A stretch of 64,000 nucleotides of DNA from Akkermansia muciniphila (GCA_945901795.1 CAMDLP010000002.1:21325-85324), one strand, 5' to 3'; shown: positions 35,319 to 45,482, numbered from the stretch's first letter. The notes: a model not told the origin generated them from the letters alone. Numbers and translations are program-made.

Positions 35319-36323
35319 GTGGGTTGGCATTCTTCAAAATCATCTGACTTGAAGCGTTTTTTTCAATCCGAAGCTGGCACTGTCGTGCTGTGGGTCGTCT
35401 CCGCAGTCATCTTGGCTGCGGTGATCACGCCGTGGATCTATCGGGCGGGAGATGGGTTGGCGAACGCCGCTGCGGCCCGGGATTTGCCCGCCGCTCTTGA
35501 ATGGCTTGGCGCGGCGTGTGGCCGGGCGTGCCTCAGTCGGTATTTCAGCCGCGCACTGGTGATTTCGGCGCTGGCGTTGCTGCCGTTTTTATTTCGTAGA
35601 ATCCGCCGGATCCGCTCCGGCACAGGCGCGGACGGAGTGGCTACGCGGCGGGTTTCCTGGCAATCCATGCTGGTCCAGATCGCTGCGGGATGCGTCATCG
35701 CGGGCGGTCTGTTGTGGGCGACGGGTGCGGTCCTAGAGACGTTGGGAGCATACGTCCCGAAGAACAAAGTGCCCGGTATTGGAAAGCTGGTTAGGGGGAT
35801 TTTACCCGCAGCGATCGGAGCTTCATTGTTGGAGGAATGGCTGTTCCGCGGGCTTCTACTAGGACTCTGGCTGAAATTCGCCAAACCGCTCGCCGCCTGT
35901 CTCGGCTCCTCGCTTGTTTTCGCCTTCGTCCACTTCTTACGGCCGCCGGACGGGGCAATCATCGCCGCGCCCGGAGCTCCGCTGGCGGGCTTCGAACTGT
36001 TGGGGAAAATCCTGCTTCACTTCACGGACCCGCGGTTTTTCGTCACGGATTTCGCGACCTTGTTCGTCATCGGGATGATCCTTGCGAGAGCTCGCCTGCG
36101 GACCGGGGCATTGTGGTTTTCGATCGGCCTCCACGCCGGTTGGATCCTCGCGTTCAAGTCGTTCAACATGATTTATCAATCCGTGCCCGCTCATCCGCTG
36201 CGGCCGTGGGGCGTGGGCGACTCGCTGTATTCCGGGGTTTTGCCACTGCTCACGCTCGGGCTAACCGCAGTGATTTGCCACTTTGTTTTGAAGCGTTTTG
36301 AAACGACGCGGGCGCTCGGTTAG
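35319..36323 (+). CDS. CPBP-family intramembrane glutamic endopeptidase (CAAX protease-like)
   Basis: LEEWLFRGLLL and FAFVHFLRPP motifs; polytopic; GTG start. Confidence 0.75.
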   Translation: MGWHSSKSSDLKRFFQSEAGTVVLWVVSAVILAAVITPWIYRAGDGLANAAAARDLPAALEWLGAACGRACLSRYFSRALVISALALLPFLFRRIRRIRSGTGADGVATRRVSWQSMLVQIAAGCVIAGGLLWATGAVLETLGAYVPKNKVPGIGKLVRGILPAAIGASLLEEWLFRGLLLGLWLKFAKPLAACLGSSLVFAFVHFLRPPDGAIIAAPGAPLAGFELLGKILLHFTDPRFFVTDFATLFVIGMILARARLRTGALWFSIGLHAGWILAFKSFNMIYQSVPAHPLRPWGVGDSLYSGVLPLLTLGLTAVICHFVLKRFETTRALG

Positions 36324-37084
36324 CCGCGCATCACGGTGACGGCGACGACTTTTTGAAAGCCCGCGCGGCGGAGGATTTTCGCGCACTCGTCCACGGTCGA
36401 GCCGGTGGTCAGCACGTCATCGACGAGCACCACGCCCGCCGGGGATTGTTCCATCTGGCGGCGTCCGGCAGCGGTGATGACGAAGGCGCCGCGGAGGTTT
36501 TCCAAGCGCTGCGAGCGGGTGAGCGCGGTCTGGTGCTCAGTGGCGCGGATCCGTGACAGCACTCGGACGACGGGCAAGCCGGTATGCGCGGAGAGCACTC
36601 GGGAGATTTCCTCGGCCTGGTTGAAATGGCGGTGTTGGAAGCGCTTGCGGTGCAGCGGCACGGGCACTAACAGCCAGTTTCCTGCGAGCGCCGGGGCGAG
36701 CCGCGGATCGGCAAACGCCTCTGCGGCGAGACGGCCGAGGTCCTTCGCCAAGTGGAGTTCCCGGCCGTATTTCAAGCGGTGAATGATTTCCAGCGTGCGC
36801 TCATCGCGGACCATCGCCGGCCGCGCGAACTCGAAGGCGAACTTGAGTTTGCTGCAATTCGGGCAGGCGAACGGGCCATCGATTTCTCCCGGAAACGGCT
36901 CGCCGCAGCTTTGGCAAAACGGCTCGGCGAGCCGCGGCAAGTCCGCGTCGCATGCATCGCACAAAGCCCGGCCGTCGGATAGATTTTCCCGGCAGAGCAC
37001 GCAGGCCGGCGGATAGAGCAGGTCCAGGCCGCGGGACACCAGCTTGCGCCAGCCGCGGATTTCAAGCCGGGGTGTCGGTGTCAT
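36320..37084 (-). CDS. comF: ComF-family phosphoribosyltransferase-domain protein
   Basis: N-terminal Cys4 (CVLC...CDAC, CQSC...CPNC) and C-terminal PRT motif VVLVDDVLTTGST. Confidence 0.8.
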   Translation of the reverse strand: MTPTPRLEIRGWRKLVSRGLDLLYPPACVLCRENLSDGRALCDACDADLPRLAEPFCQSCGEPFPGEIDGPFACPNCSKLKFAFEFARPAMVRDERTLEIIHRLKYGRELHLAKDLGRLAAEAFADPRLAPALAGNWLLVPVPLHRKRFQHRHFNQAEEISRVLSAHTGLPVVRVLSRIRATEHQTALTRSQRLENLRGAFVITAAGRRQMEQSPAGVVLVDDVLTTGSTVDECAKILRRAGFQKVVAVTVMRG

Positions 37085-38087
37085 CGGCGGGCGCGGTGAG
37101 GTAGTTGACGAGGACTCCCGCGAGGAGAATGCCGTCGAGCGGAACCAAGCCTTGTTGCAGCGCCGCGCCGGAAATCACCCACGTGATAGAGTCCGGGCGA
37201 TTTGCCGCCATGGTCACGCTGCCGAGGATGGCGTTGGTGAAAATCCAGCCGGCATGAAGCCCGACGGGCAGCCACAGCGAGGCGGTCCGCCAGCGGGCGT
37301 AAGCGAGCACGCCGCCAAGGGCGAGCAGCGGCGTGAAGGTCCCCAGAACGACGCGCGGCTCGGAAAATTGCGCGGCGATTTTCCGCAACAACTCGAAGCC
37401 CACGCCAGCCGCGTCCGGATCCGCGACGTTCAGGCCCGGCGGCGGATTGAGGAAATGCACGAGCGCGAAAAGCACCGCCGCCAGGCCGAGCGCCGCCGCC
37501 GGCCGCATCGCCCGCAGGAAGATCCCCATCGCGATTCCGCGGAACAGGATTTCCTGCAAAACTGCCAGCCCGAGCGCGGTCGCGAACGCCCGCAGCACGA
37601 GCTTCGCCACGCCATCACCCGGAGTTTTCCACTCGAAAATCCCGGCCAGAACCATCACCCCGGCGATCAGGAGAAACAGCGCGGTGACGAGGAAAAACCC
37701 GGTCACGCCTTGCCGCAGCCCGTGCGGATTCCTCACCAGCCGTTGTCCGCCAGCACTCGACCTCGCGCTTTCCGGCAAGCGAAACGACCAGGGATTCCCG
37801 CCCGCCGCCGCCCGTCCGCCGCGCAGCCCATGCATGAACGGCAGGAACAGGATCGCCGCGAAAACCGCCACCCCCACCTTGAAAAACCCCGGGAAATCCG
37901 TCGTCCGGCAAATCTCCGCCAGCCACTCCAGCGGGCCGTTGGTTTGCTTGGTGGCGCAGATTTCCGCAATGGCTTTTCCGGCATCGTAAAGCAGCGGGGA
38001 AACCCACGTGCCCAACAGCACCGAAGCCATGGCATAGAGCCATACTTTGAAGACATCACTGGAAGCCTCGCTGCGCATGGGCGGCAT
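37062..38087 (-). CDS. CPBP-family intramembrane protease, second paralog
   Basis: From MPPMRSEASSDVFKVWLYA; QEILFRGIAMG and FALVHFLNPP motifs. The 215-aa ORF-track extension is antisense to the SMP-30 gene and was rejected. Confidence 0.7.
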   Translation of the reverse strand: MPPMRSEASSDVFKVWLYAMASVLLGTWVSPLLYDAGKAIAEICATKQTNGPLEWLAEICRTTDFPGFFKVGVAVFAAILFLPFMHGLRGGRAAAGGNPWSFRLPESARSSAGGQRLVRNPHGLRQGVTGFFLVTALFLLIAGVMVLAGIFEWKTPGDGVAKLVLRAFATALGLAVLQEILFRGIAMGIFLRAMRPAAALGLAAVLFALVHFLNPPPGLNVADPDAAGVGFELLRKIAAQFSEPRVVLGTFTPLLALGGVLAYARWRTASLWLPVGLHAGWIFTNAILGSVTMAANRPDSITWVISGAALQQGLVPLDGILLAGVLVNYLTAPADDTDTPA

Positions 38088-38171
38088 CTTGTCGTGGGTT
38101 AGATAAAATGAAAGCCTTGGATCGGTGATTTTACGATGGCGCGCGTTTCCCCACGCTTTTAGGCTCCCGTC

Positions 38172-39023
38172 ATGGTCAGCATCGAACCGGTCGGAAACAT
38201 CCTCAGCCAATGGGGCGAAGGCCCTGTCTGGTGGCGCGGCGCGCTCTATTTCGTGGATATCGAGGGCCACCGCGTCCATCGATTCGACCCGGCGGATGGC
38301 AGCGAGAAATCCTGGGACGTCGGCTGGCGCGTGGGCACCGTGGTCCCCCGCGAGAGCGGCGGACTGGTCATCGCGGGCGATCACGGGTTGTTTTTTCTCG
38401 ATGAGGAAAGCGGCCAGATCACCCCGATCGCCGACCCGGAACCGGACAAGCCGGACAACCGTTTCAACGACGGCAAGTGCTCCCCCGACGGCCGGTTTTT
38501 CGCCGGAACCATCAGCCTGGTGAAGAAAACCGGCGATGCCCGGCTCTACCGGCTCGACCCGGATCTCACGCTCCACGAAGCCTTCGGCCCGGTCACTAAT
38601 TCCAACGGCATCGTCTGGTCGGCCGACGGGAAAACGGTTTTTTACATCGATACGCCGCGCCAGGAAGTGCTCGCGTTCGACTACGAAGACGGCCACCTGC
38701 GGAACATGCGCGGCGTGGTTTCCACCTCGCATCTCGACTCCTCGCCGGACGGAATGACGATCGATGCGGACGGGAATTTATGGATCGCGTTTTGTCACGG
38801 CGCCTGCGTCGTTTGCTTCGATCCACAGTCGGGCGAGGAGCTGCGGCGCGTCGAACTGCCGTGTCTGGAAACGACCGCCTGCGCGTTCGGCGGGCCGGAT
38901 TTGGCGGATCTTTACGTGACCACCGGCGTCCACAAATCGGTCGTCGAGGAGCACGCCGGGCGCTTGTTCGTGATCCGCGGGCTGGGAGTCCGGGGACTGC
39001 CCGCAAATGCCTTCGCGGGTTGA
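38172..39023 (+). CDS. SMP-30/gluconolactonase/LRE-family protein
   Basis: GEGPVWWRGALYFVDIEG, NDGKCSPDGRFFAGT, PDGMTIDADGNLW. Confidence 0.8.
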   Translation: MVSIEPVGNILSQWGEGPVWWRGALYFVDIEGHRVHRFDPADGSEKSWDVGWRVGTVVPRESGGLVIAGDHGLFFLDEESGQITPIADPEPDKPDNRFNDGKCSPDGRFFAGTISLVKKTGDARLYRLDPDLTLHEAFGPVTNSNGIVWSADGKTVFYIDTPRQEVLAFDYEDGHLRNMRGVVSTSHLDSSPDGMTIDADGNLWIAFCHGACVVCFDPQSGEELRRVELPCLETTACAFGGPDLADLYVTTGVHKSVVEEHAGRLFVIRGLGVRGLPANAFAG

Positions 39024-39099
39024 GCGGCCGACGGTTTTTGGAAAAAACGGGAAGCGTGGATCGTTATCGTGATGTAAGAATGTCCGTCGCTCAAAATTC

Positions 39100-40341
39100 A
39101 TGAAAATCACGCCACTCACCGCCCTCGCCGCCCTTGTCCTCATCGGAGTTGGAGGCTTCATGGCGGGCCGCGTCTCATCTCCGGCCTCGTCGGAGAAAGA
39201 TCAATCCGGCCCGGCTGAAACCCGGTCAACCCGCGCGTCAGCGCGGGATTCTGCTGAAAATGGCGGGCAAACCAAAAATTCCTCACACCCCACCCGCCCG
39301 GAGCGCGACGCGAAATTAACCATTCAAGACCGCCTGGCGCGCTTAGAATCGATCATCCGTGGCGAAAATCCGCTGGACCGCAACCGCGCCTTGCTCGCTT
39401 TCATCGATCAGCTTGCACCCGGCGATTTCGAGCAAGCCGTCGCCCATTTCCGCAGTCTCGGCCTCACCGAAGGCCGCATGGGCGAATATTCCCTGCTGCT
39501 AACCGCATGGGCTCAGGCCGATCCTTTGTCAGCCCTTGCGTATGCCAAGGAAAACACCACGGGCGGATACGCCGCGGGCACCATTCTCACCTCCTGGGCC
39601 TCGAATGATCCGGAAGCCGCCATCCGTTGGGCAAAGGCAAATCACCCGGGAGAAGAGGCCAATCCCTACATGCCCGGAATCATCCGCGGCATCGCCGCAT
39701 CCGATCCCACGCGGGCCACCGAACTCCTCACCAGCATGCCCAAAAGCGTGGAACGCGGCAAAGCCCTCGATTTCATTTTACCGCATCTCCTCCAGCAAGG
39801 CACGGAAGCGACCCGCTCCTGGATCGCCGCCATCACCGATGACGCCCTCCGCAACGGCGCCATCATGCGCGCCGCGGAACCGCTCGCCGCCTCGGATCCC
39901 GCGGGGACCGCCTCCTGGCTTCTCGCCAACCCCGGCGAAGCCGCCCAGCGCCGCATGGATGATGTTTATAACGTCTGGTCGAAAAAAGACGAACAAGCCG
40001 CTTGGAGTTCCTTCAGCACCCTTCCCACCGGCGATGCGCGCAGCAACGCGCTCCGCGGCATCATCAACGGCGTGGCCGGAGACAATCCGAAGGCCGCAGT
40101 CTCCCTGATGGACCGCTTCCCGAACGACGTGAACGACCGGATGGTGCAGCATTTCGTCTGGCGCTCCTTTGACAGCGATCCTCTCACCTCCATCAATGCA
40201 ATCACCCGGATGGGCGACCAGCAGCGACGCGATGCCATGTATCGCCGCACTTTTGAAGCATGGCAAGAGCAGGACCCGACCTCCGCCGATACCTGGCTGC
40301 GCCAGAATTCCGGATCTTCCGCGGTGTTCGCCCCGCGTTGA
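39100..40341 (+). CDS. Membrane-anchored or secreted alpha-helical repeat protein, hypothetical
   Basis: N-terminal hydrophobic anchor; repeated W-x-x-x-DP-x-AA-x-W units (TAWAQADPLSAL, TSWASNDPEAAIRW, IAASDPTRA, AASDPAGTASWL). Confidence 0.55.
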   Translation: MKITPLTALAALVLIGVGGFMAGRVSSPASSEKDQSGPAETRSTRASARDSAENGGQTKNSSHPTRPERDAKLTIQDRLARLESIIRGENPLDRNRALLAFIDQLAPGDFEQAVAHFRSLGLTEGRMGEYSLLLTAWAQADPLSALAYAKENTTGGYAAGTILTSWASNDPEAAIRWAKANHPGEEANPYMPGIIRGIAASDPTRATELLTSMPKSVERGKALDFILPHLLQQGTEATRSWIAAITDDALRNGAIMRAAEPLAASDPAGTASWLLANPGEAAQRRMDDVYNVWSKKDEQAAWSSFSTLPTGDARSNALRGIINGVAGDNPKAAVSLMDRFPNDVNDRMVQHFVWRSFDSDPLTSINAITRMGDQQRRDAMYRRTFEAWQEQDPTSADTWLRQNSGSSAVFAPR

Positions 40342-40373
40342 CATCCGCTTCCGGTCCGTCCAACGTCCCGCCC

Positions 40374-41030
40374 ATGGACACGATGAAACTTCTTCTTGGC
40401 GCGACCATCGCGCTGCTGCTCGGCGCGCTGGCCGTCTCCTGGCAAAGCATGAAGCAGGGCGTGAAAAACACTCCGCAGGATGAAATCGCCCGCCTTCAAA
40501 AACAAGTGAAGGAGCTTCGCGCCGAGCAGGACAACCTCAAGATGCAGCGCGAGTTGCAACTGCTCCGCAGCCAACCCGTCCAAACGCCCGGCAGCCCCGA
40601 ACTCGAGGCGATGAAGCACCAGCTCGAGCAAAACAAGCGCGCCCTCGAAGAAATCGAGCTCCGCAAGGAAGCGGAAGCCCGTGACAAGAAAGTCGCCGAT
40701 CTCGAAGAGCTCGAGATGGACAAGCGCGGGCTCGAATCCAAGGACAGCGAGCTCCGCCGCGCCCGCATGATCAGCGACGCCCTGCTCATCGGCCGCATCA
40801 AGGAATACGTCGAAGACGCGCAATACGGCGGCTTCGTCACCTTTGAAGTTCTTATGCCGGAGCAGGTCCAGGCCGGCGTCACCGTCGCGATCCGCCGCAA
40901 GACCGGCATCCTCGGCCAGCTCAAGGTTTCCGACATCACCGCCGAGGGCGCCATCGCCAACCCGCTGCCAGGCTTCGGCCCGGTCAAGCCGCAGGTCGGC
41001 GACGAACTCATCCTGCCGCCACAGTATTAA
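40374..41030 (+). CDS. Membrane-anchored coiled-coil protein, hypothetical
   Basis: MDTMKLLLGATIALLLGALAV anchor followed by a heptad-like, E/K/L/Q-rich segment. Confidence 0.5.
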   Translation: MDTMKLLLGATIALLLGALAVSWQSMKQGVKNTPQDEIARLQKQVKELRAEQDNLKMQRELQLLRSQPVQTPGSPELEAMKHQLEQNKRALEEIELRKEAEARDKKVADLEELEMDKRGLESKDSELRRARMISDALLIGRIKEYVEDAQYGGFVTFEVLMPEQVQAGVTVAIRRKTGILGQLKVSDITAEGAIANPLPGFGPVKPQVGDELILPPQY

Positions 41031-41180
41031 GGTAAAAGCTGAGAAGCTGAAATTGCTTCGCCCGCCCCTTTCTCTTATCTCAGCGTTTCAGTTTTTCAGC
41101 ATTTGCCTCCGGCCATGCCAGCCAGGGCTTCGCCAAATTTTCCAAGTTCGCTACCGCTCACAACGCATTCAGAATTTATC

Positions 41181-42581
41181 ATGACAACTGTTGGTCTCAT
41201 CTCACTCGGCTGCGCCAAGAACCTCATCGACTCGGAAGTCATGATCGGCCACCTCGCCCAAGCCGGCATGTCTCTCACTCCGGATCCGGAACTCGCGGAT
41301 GTCCTCATCATCAACACCTGCTCGTTCATCGACATGGCGAAGCAGGAGTCCATCGACGCCATCTTCGGCGCAGTGAAGGACCGCGCCGATGATCCGGACC
41401 GCGCGCGCCAGAAAATCATCGTCGCCGGCTGCCTGTCACAACGCTTTGCCAAGGACCTGCCAGGCATCATGCCCGAGGTGGATGCCTTCATCGGCCTCGA
41501 TCAAATCACCAAGGTCGCCCCGATCATCGAGAACCTGCTAGGCAAGAAAAACGATTCGGAAGTTCAAAAAACCGAAGGTCCGTCCGCCACCGAAGATCCC
41601 CGGGATTTCGTCACGCTCAAGCCGCAATACGTCCCGGACTACTCGACGCCGCGCATCCGCCTCACGCCCGACCATTTCGCCTACGTGAAAATCGCCGAGG
41701 GCTGCAACCACACCTGCACCTTCTGCATCATCCCGACCATCCGCGGCAAACACCGCTCGCGGACGCAGGATTCAGTCGTTCGAGAAGTCCAAGCGCTCGT
41801 CGCATCCGGGGTGAAGGAAATCAATCTCATCTCTCAGGACACCACCTACTTCGGCATGGACCAGTGGGAAGGCAAACGCCCGACACCCAGCTCGCCCGTC
41901 GATTCTAGCAGAGGCGAATCACTCTCCACCCTGCTTCGCGAGATCAACAAGATCGAAGGCGATTTCTGGGTCCGCCTGCTCTACACCCACCCCGCGCATT
42001 GGTCGGACGAACTCATCACCACCATCGCCGAGTGCGACAAGGTCGCGAAATACGTCGACATCCCGCTCCAGCATATTTCCGACCGCATGCTCACCGCCAT
42101 GAAGCGCGTGACCAGCGGCGACTATATCCGCGACCTGCTGCGCCGCATGCGAGCCGGCATCCCCGGCCTCGGCATCCGCACCACCTTCATCGTCGGCTTC
42201 CCCGGCGAGACCGAAGAGGATTTCCAAGAGCTGTTGGAGTTCATCCGCGAGTTCCGCTTCGAGCGCGCCGGCGTTTTCCAATACTCCAAGGAAGAAGGCA
42301 CTCGAGCTCACAAGATGGACGGCCACCTCCACCACGCCACCCGCAAGAGCCGCTGGTCGCGCGCCATGGCCGAGCTCCAACGCATCGCCGGAGAAACCAA
42401 CCAAGCGCAAGTCGGCAAAGCCGTCCGCGTGTTAGTCGAGCAACCCGGCATCGCCCGCACCCAGTGGGACGCCCCTGAGATCGACGGCTCCGTCATGGTG
42501 GACGAGAGCATCCCCGTCGGCGAGTTCGCGGATATCACCATCGGCGACTGGCGCGGGTATGACCTTGTTGCCGCGAGGTGA
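41181..42581 (+). CDS. rimO: Ribosomal protein S12 methylthiotransferase (radical SAM)
   Basis: MTTVGLISLGCAKNLIDSE, radical-SAM CNHTCTFCIIP, C-terminal TRAM domain. Confidence 0.9.
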   Translation: MTTVGLISLGCAKNLIDSEVMIGHLAQAGMSLTPDPELADVLIINTCSFIDMAKQESIDAIFGAVKDRADDPDRARQKIIVAGCLSQRFAKDLPGIMPEVDAFIGLDQITKVAPIIENLLGKKNDSEVQKTEGPSATEDPRDFVTLKPQYVPDYSTPRIRLTPDHFAYVKIAEGCNHTCTFCIIPTIRGKHRSRTQDSVVREVQALVASGVKEINLISQDTTYFGMDQWEGKRPTPSSPVDSSRGESLSTLLREINKIEGDFWVRLLYTHPAHWSDELITTIAECDKVAKYVDIPLQHISDRMLTAMKRVTSGDYIRDLLRRMRAGIPGLGIRTTFIVGFPGETEEDFQELLEFIREFRFERAGVFQYSKEEGTRAHKMDGHLHHATRKSRWSRAMAELQRIAGETNQAQVGKAVRVLVEQPGIARTQWDAPEIDGSVMVDESIPVGEFADITIGDWRGYDLVAAR

Positions 42582-42626
42582 CGAGGAGCTGATAGATTTT
42601 CGTTCAGGCTTTGGGCGTCAATATTC

Positions 42627-43350
42627 ATGATAGCACTCTTCGCGATCATCCCACTGATTCCGTGCGCTGTGAATCTATCATTTCCGGTGTGGATCGCTTG
42701 TTGTTTCCGCCGTTATCCCCCCCCTCTGGAGCATCTTCTGTTTGCTGGTCCTCGGAATCGGGACGATTCGCCTGCTCTTCCTGGTTGGCATGTCACCCTT
42801 CAGCATTCTGGTATTCACCGTGCTGACCGCGATCTTGTGCGTCGTGCAGGCGCTCACCCTAATCTGCCAAAGGTGGTTGGGATCAAGTCGGCGAATGTCA
42901 TGGAGCATTGCGATGATGGTCGTTTTGCCGTTTGTGGTTTGGACGGACCTTCGTTTCCGGATCAGCGTGGTGGAAGCGGATGGCACACCGGTCGAGGTTG
43001 ATGTGAAAACATTCCATTTCCATCGACCGCCACGTAGCTACTTTCAAAGTTTCGACCACGGGTATGGAAATCGATTGAAAAAGGGAGTGGTCTATTTCGG
43101 GTTCTGCCAGTGGGTAAAGCACCGCGAATCCAATGCGCGGCTTCGATCTGGTGAAGCCGACAAGGTCCGCGATTCGGTTGCAATGATTCATTTGCATGCG
43201 TCCGCATACAAACCGGCTTCGCGGCCCGCTAGAAATACAAGGCCCTCCCCCTCTCCACGCAGGCGGCGGCGTAGAGATACATGGATGCGGACCAGGTCTG
43301 CCAGTCCTCGCCTGCGGGGCTGCCGTCTTGGGCGCGGAACCACTCGTTGA
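42627..43350 (+). pseudogene. Low-GC orphan membrane-protein ORF split by a +1 frame change at a C8 tract (or phase-variable)
   Basis: The frame from ATG 42627 (MIALFAIIPLIPCAVNLSFPVWIACCF...) and the frame of ORF 42742-43350 (...LWSIFCLLVLGIGTIRLLFLVGMSPFSILVF...) become one ORF if one C is removed from 42717-42724. Confidence 0.3.
42717..42724. repeat. C8 homopolymer tract
   Basis: Counted directly across the line break (cccc|cccc). Confidence 0.9.
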
Positions 43351-44344
43351 AGCCGAAGGATGCGGGCGGCAGCTTGCGGGAGATCCGCACGAGTTGGGTG
43401 AGGGATTGAAGCTTTGTTTCCGCCATGTCCTGCTCGCCGGCGGCCACCATCGCGGCGATGTGGAACCCGCAGACAAAGGGCCAGACGCCGCCGTTATGAT
43501 AGTGGCCGGGCAGGTTGTAAGTCTCATAGCGGGGGTGCCAGTCGGGGTCCGAGGGCTGCATGAAGGGAAAATAGCAAGGTGCCAAATCCACGGCCAGCTC
43601 GCCGCTGTCGCGCATCGCGTCGCAACGCGCTTCGATCCACGCGAGCATCTCGCAAGCCCGCTCGCGATCCGCCAGTCCGGTGAGGATGGCGAGGCTGTTT
43701 CCCAGCAAATCGCAGCGCTTGTCGCGCAGCACTTTGTAGAACCATGCGGCATAGGTGGCCAGGCCCCCGGTGACGAAGCCCTTGCCGTCCGCGCGGTTCG
43801 CGTCGATCCGCAGGGCTTCCGCGCGCGCGTCCATGCCGAGGACTTTCCGGTAGCCGTGGACGAGAGCGTTCACAAACAGTCCGTGGCCGAGGATCCATTG
43901 CTCGTCCCGCCAGTCGCTGGTCGGTTGCTGGCCGACCAGTTCCCGGTCGTCGATGGTCTGATAGTCCATCCACCGGAGCGCCTTTGTCGCGGCATCTTCC
44001 AGGAAATCCTCGTCTCCGGTGAAGCGCCGGAACATTCCTAACACCAGAAGGAACAGCGGTGTGGTGTCGCTGGCTCCGCGGTCCTCCGGATCATGCACGA
44101 GCGAGGAAATCATCCCGCGGGGGCTCTGGTTCAGGGCGAGTGTCGCCAGCACCCGGCGTAGCGAGTGGAGAAGCACCTCGTTTCCCGAGGCGAAGATGCC
44201 GAGGGCGGAAATGAGCAGGTCCCGGGTGTAAGGCTCGGGATAACCCCAGCCCGCCGTGCGCGGGAGTCCGTCATAGGGGCCGCAGGAATTGTGCAGCAGC
44301 ACTTCGAGGGCGGCGGATTTGGCTTCTTGAATTGACGCGTTCAT
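43229..44344 (-). CDS. (alpha/alpha)6-barrel glycoside hydrolase, GH100/GDE_C-like (neutral-invertase / amylo-alpha-1,6-glucosidase-like)
   Basis: PYTRDLLISALG, SDWRDEQW..GHGLFVNAL, YHNGGVWPF, FNEWF...DWQTWSASMYLYA resemble this fold. Confidence 0.7.
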   Translation of the reverse strand: MNASIQEAKSAALEVLLHNSCGPYDGLPRTAGWGYPEPYTRDLLISALGIFASGNEVLLHSLRRVLATLALNQSPRGMISSLVHDPEDRGASDTTPLFLLVLGMFRRFTGDEDFLEDAATKALRWMDYQTIDDRELVGQQPTSDWRDEQWILGHGLFVNALVHGYRKVLGMDARAEALRIDANRADGKGFVTGGLATYAAWFYKVLRDKRCDLLGNSLAILTGLADRERACEMLAWIEARCDAMRDSGELAVDLAPCYFPFMQPSDPDWHPRYETYNLPGHYHNGGVWPFVCGFHIAAMVAAGEQDMAETKLQSLTQLVRISRKLPPASFGFNEWFRAQDGSPAGEDWQTWSASMYLYAAACVERGRALYF

Positions 44345-44345
44345 T

Positions 44346-45482
44346 TCAGGAGGGATGTTCGTTAAGAATTTCTATCAAGCGCCGGGCGACGAACCGGTAA
44401 TCGAAGCGCTCCACCGCCCGCCGCCGTCCCGCCTCGCCCATCTGCTGCCGGAGGCCGGCGTCGTTGAGGAGTTGTTTCAAGCCTGCGGCGATGTCCTGCG
44501 AGCTGGCGCGATAGTCCGAGACGCGCGGCTTGTCGAAGACCACCCGGTGATTCGGCTCGAAGCCTGACTCGGGTCCTAACACGGCTTCCGTGATGCGGAT
44601 TTCCCGCTCCACGCCGGCGAGAAAAGCGGTTTCTCCGTGCACCAGCGTGTCGAGCATGGCCATCGCGCGGATGCCGATGACGGGCTTGCCACAAGCCCCC
44701 GCCTCCACCTGCGGCATTCCGAATCCTTCCAGCCGCGAGGGCGCGGCATAGACATCACACGCGGCGATCAGATAGGGCATGAGATTCCTCGAAACCAAAT
44801 GAGTTTCGAAACTCACCCGGCCCCCGATCCCGAGGCTGCTAGCCAATTGGGCATCAAGATCATTCTGCACGCTCGTCCGATCTTGCGGCCAGACCTTGCA
44901 AACATAGCGCCACGGCGGCACGTCGTCGCCCAAGCTGGCGAGTGCACGCATCACCTCGCGCCCGCCCTTGGAGGCGGCGTCGCCACCGACCGTTAGGATC
45001 AGGAGTTCCTCCGGGGAAACTCCGAGGGCTTCTCGGACGGCAATGACCTTTGAATCATCCGCTATCCGGGGAATGAAGCTGTCCGTGTCGCAGCCGACAG
45101 GCAAGGTCACCGCGTGGTCGCCCCGGATGCCGTCCCGGACAAAGGTTTCCCGGACCCAGTCCGACGGCACGAGGATGAGCGGCATGGCGTCGAGGACGTC
45201 GCGGTAGTTCGCGACATAACCGTCTGCCAGAATCCACGGCACCGCGCGGATGCCGAAGCGTTGGGGATGGAGAACAATGTCCGGCACATCGCCCCAGAAA
45301 CCCACGCCCACCACCACGTCCGGCTTGAACGAACGGTAATACCATTCCTTTTCGAGATCCGACTGCAGGTGGGCGGGCCGCGCGTCCACGCCGATCTCGA
45401 GCAGCCCCTTGTAGAGGAGATCCCCCTGGGTCGCCAGTCCGCCGGGGGCGGGGGGATAGTGATAGAGAACCAGGATTTTCAT
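44346..45482 (-). CDS. GT4-family glycosyltransferase
   Basis: From MKILVLYHYPPAPGGLATQ; C-terminal PSRLEGFGMPQVEAGACGKPVI (E-x7-E). Confidence 0.85.
   Translation of the reverse strand: MKILVLYHYPPAPGGLATQGDLLYKGLLEIGVDARPAHLQSDLEKEWYYRSFKPDVVVGVGFWGDVPDIVLHPQRFGIRAVPWILADGYVANYRDVLDAMPLILVPSDWVRETFVRDGIRGDHAVTLPVGCDTDSFIPRIADDSKVIAVREALGVSPEELLILTVGGDAASKGGREVMRALASLGDDVPPWRYVCKVWPQDRTSVQNDLDAQLASSLGIGGRVSFETHLVSRNLMPYLIAACDVYAAPSRLEGFGMPQVEAGACGKPVIGIRAMAMLDTLVHGETAFLAGVEREIRITEAVLGPESGFEPNHRVVFDKPRVSDYRASSQDIAAGLKQLLNDAGLRQQMGEAGRRRAVERFDYRFVARRLIEILNEHPS

Noticed and set aside
37062-38732. Very long 5'-extended ORFs in the track: 37062-38732, 57805-58968, 44346-45740, 33433-34926, 22925-24796, 12584-14203, 14016-15080, 49109-50071, 31021-31737
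   Set aside because: The extensions overlap neighbouring genes or read as Arg/Pro-rich non-protein-like sequence. Internal starts give N-termini that match the family or a signal peptide, so the shorter coordinates were used.
41031-41180. Repeated GCTGAGA/GCTGAAA and TCTCAGC/TTTCAGC words upstream of rimO, as a structured RNA or terminator
   Set aside because: The complementary words occur in A-B...A'-B' order, which does not form a simple hairpin. There is no clear U-tract, so the evidence is insufficient.
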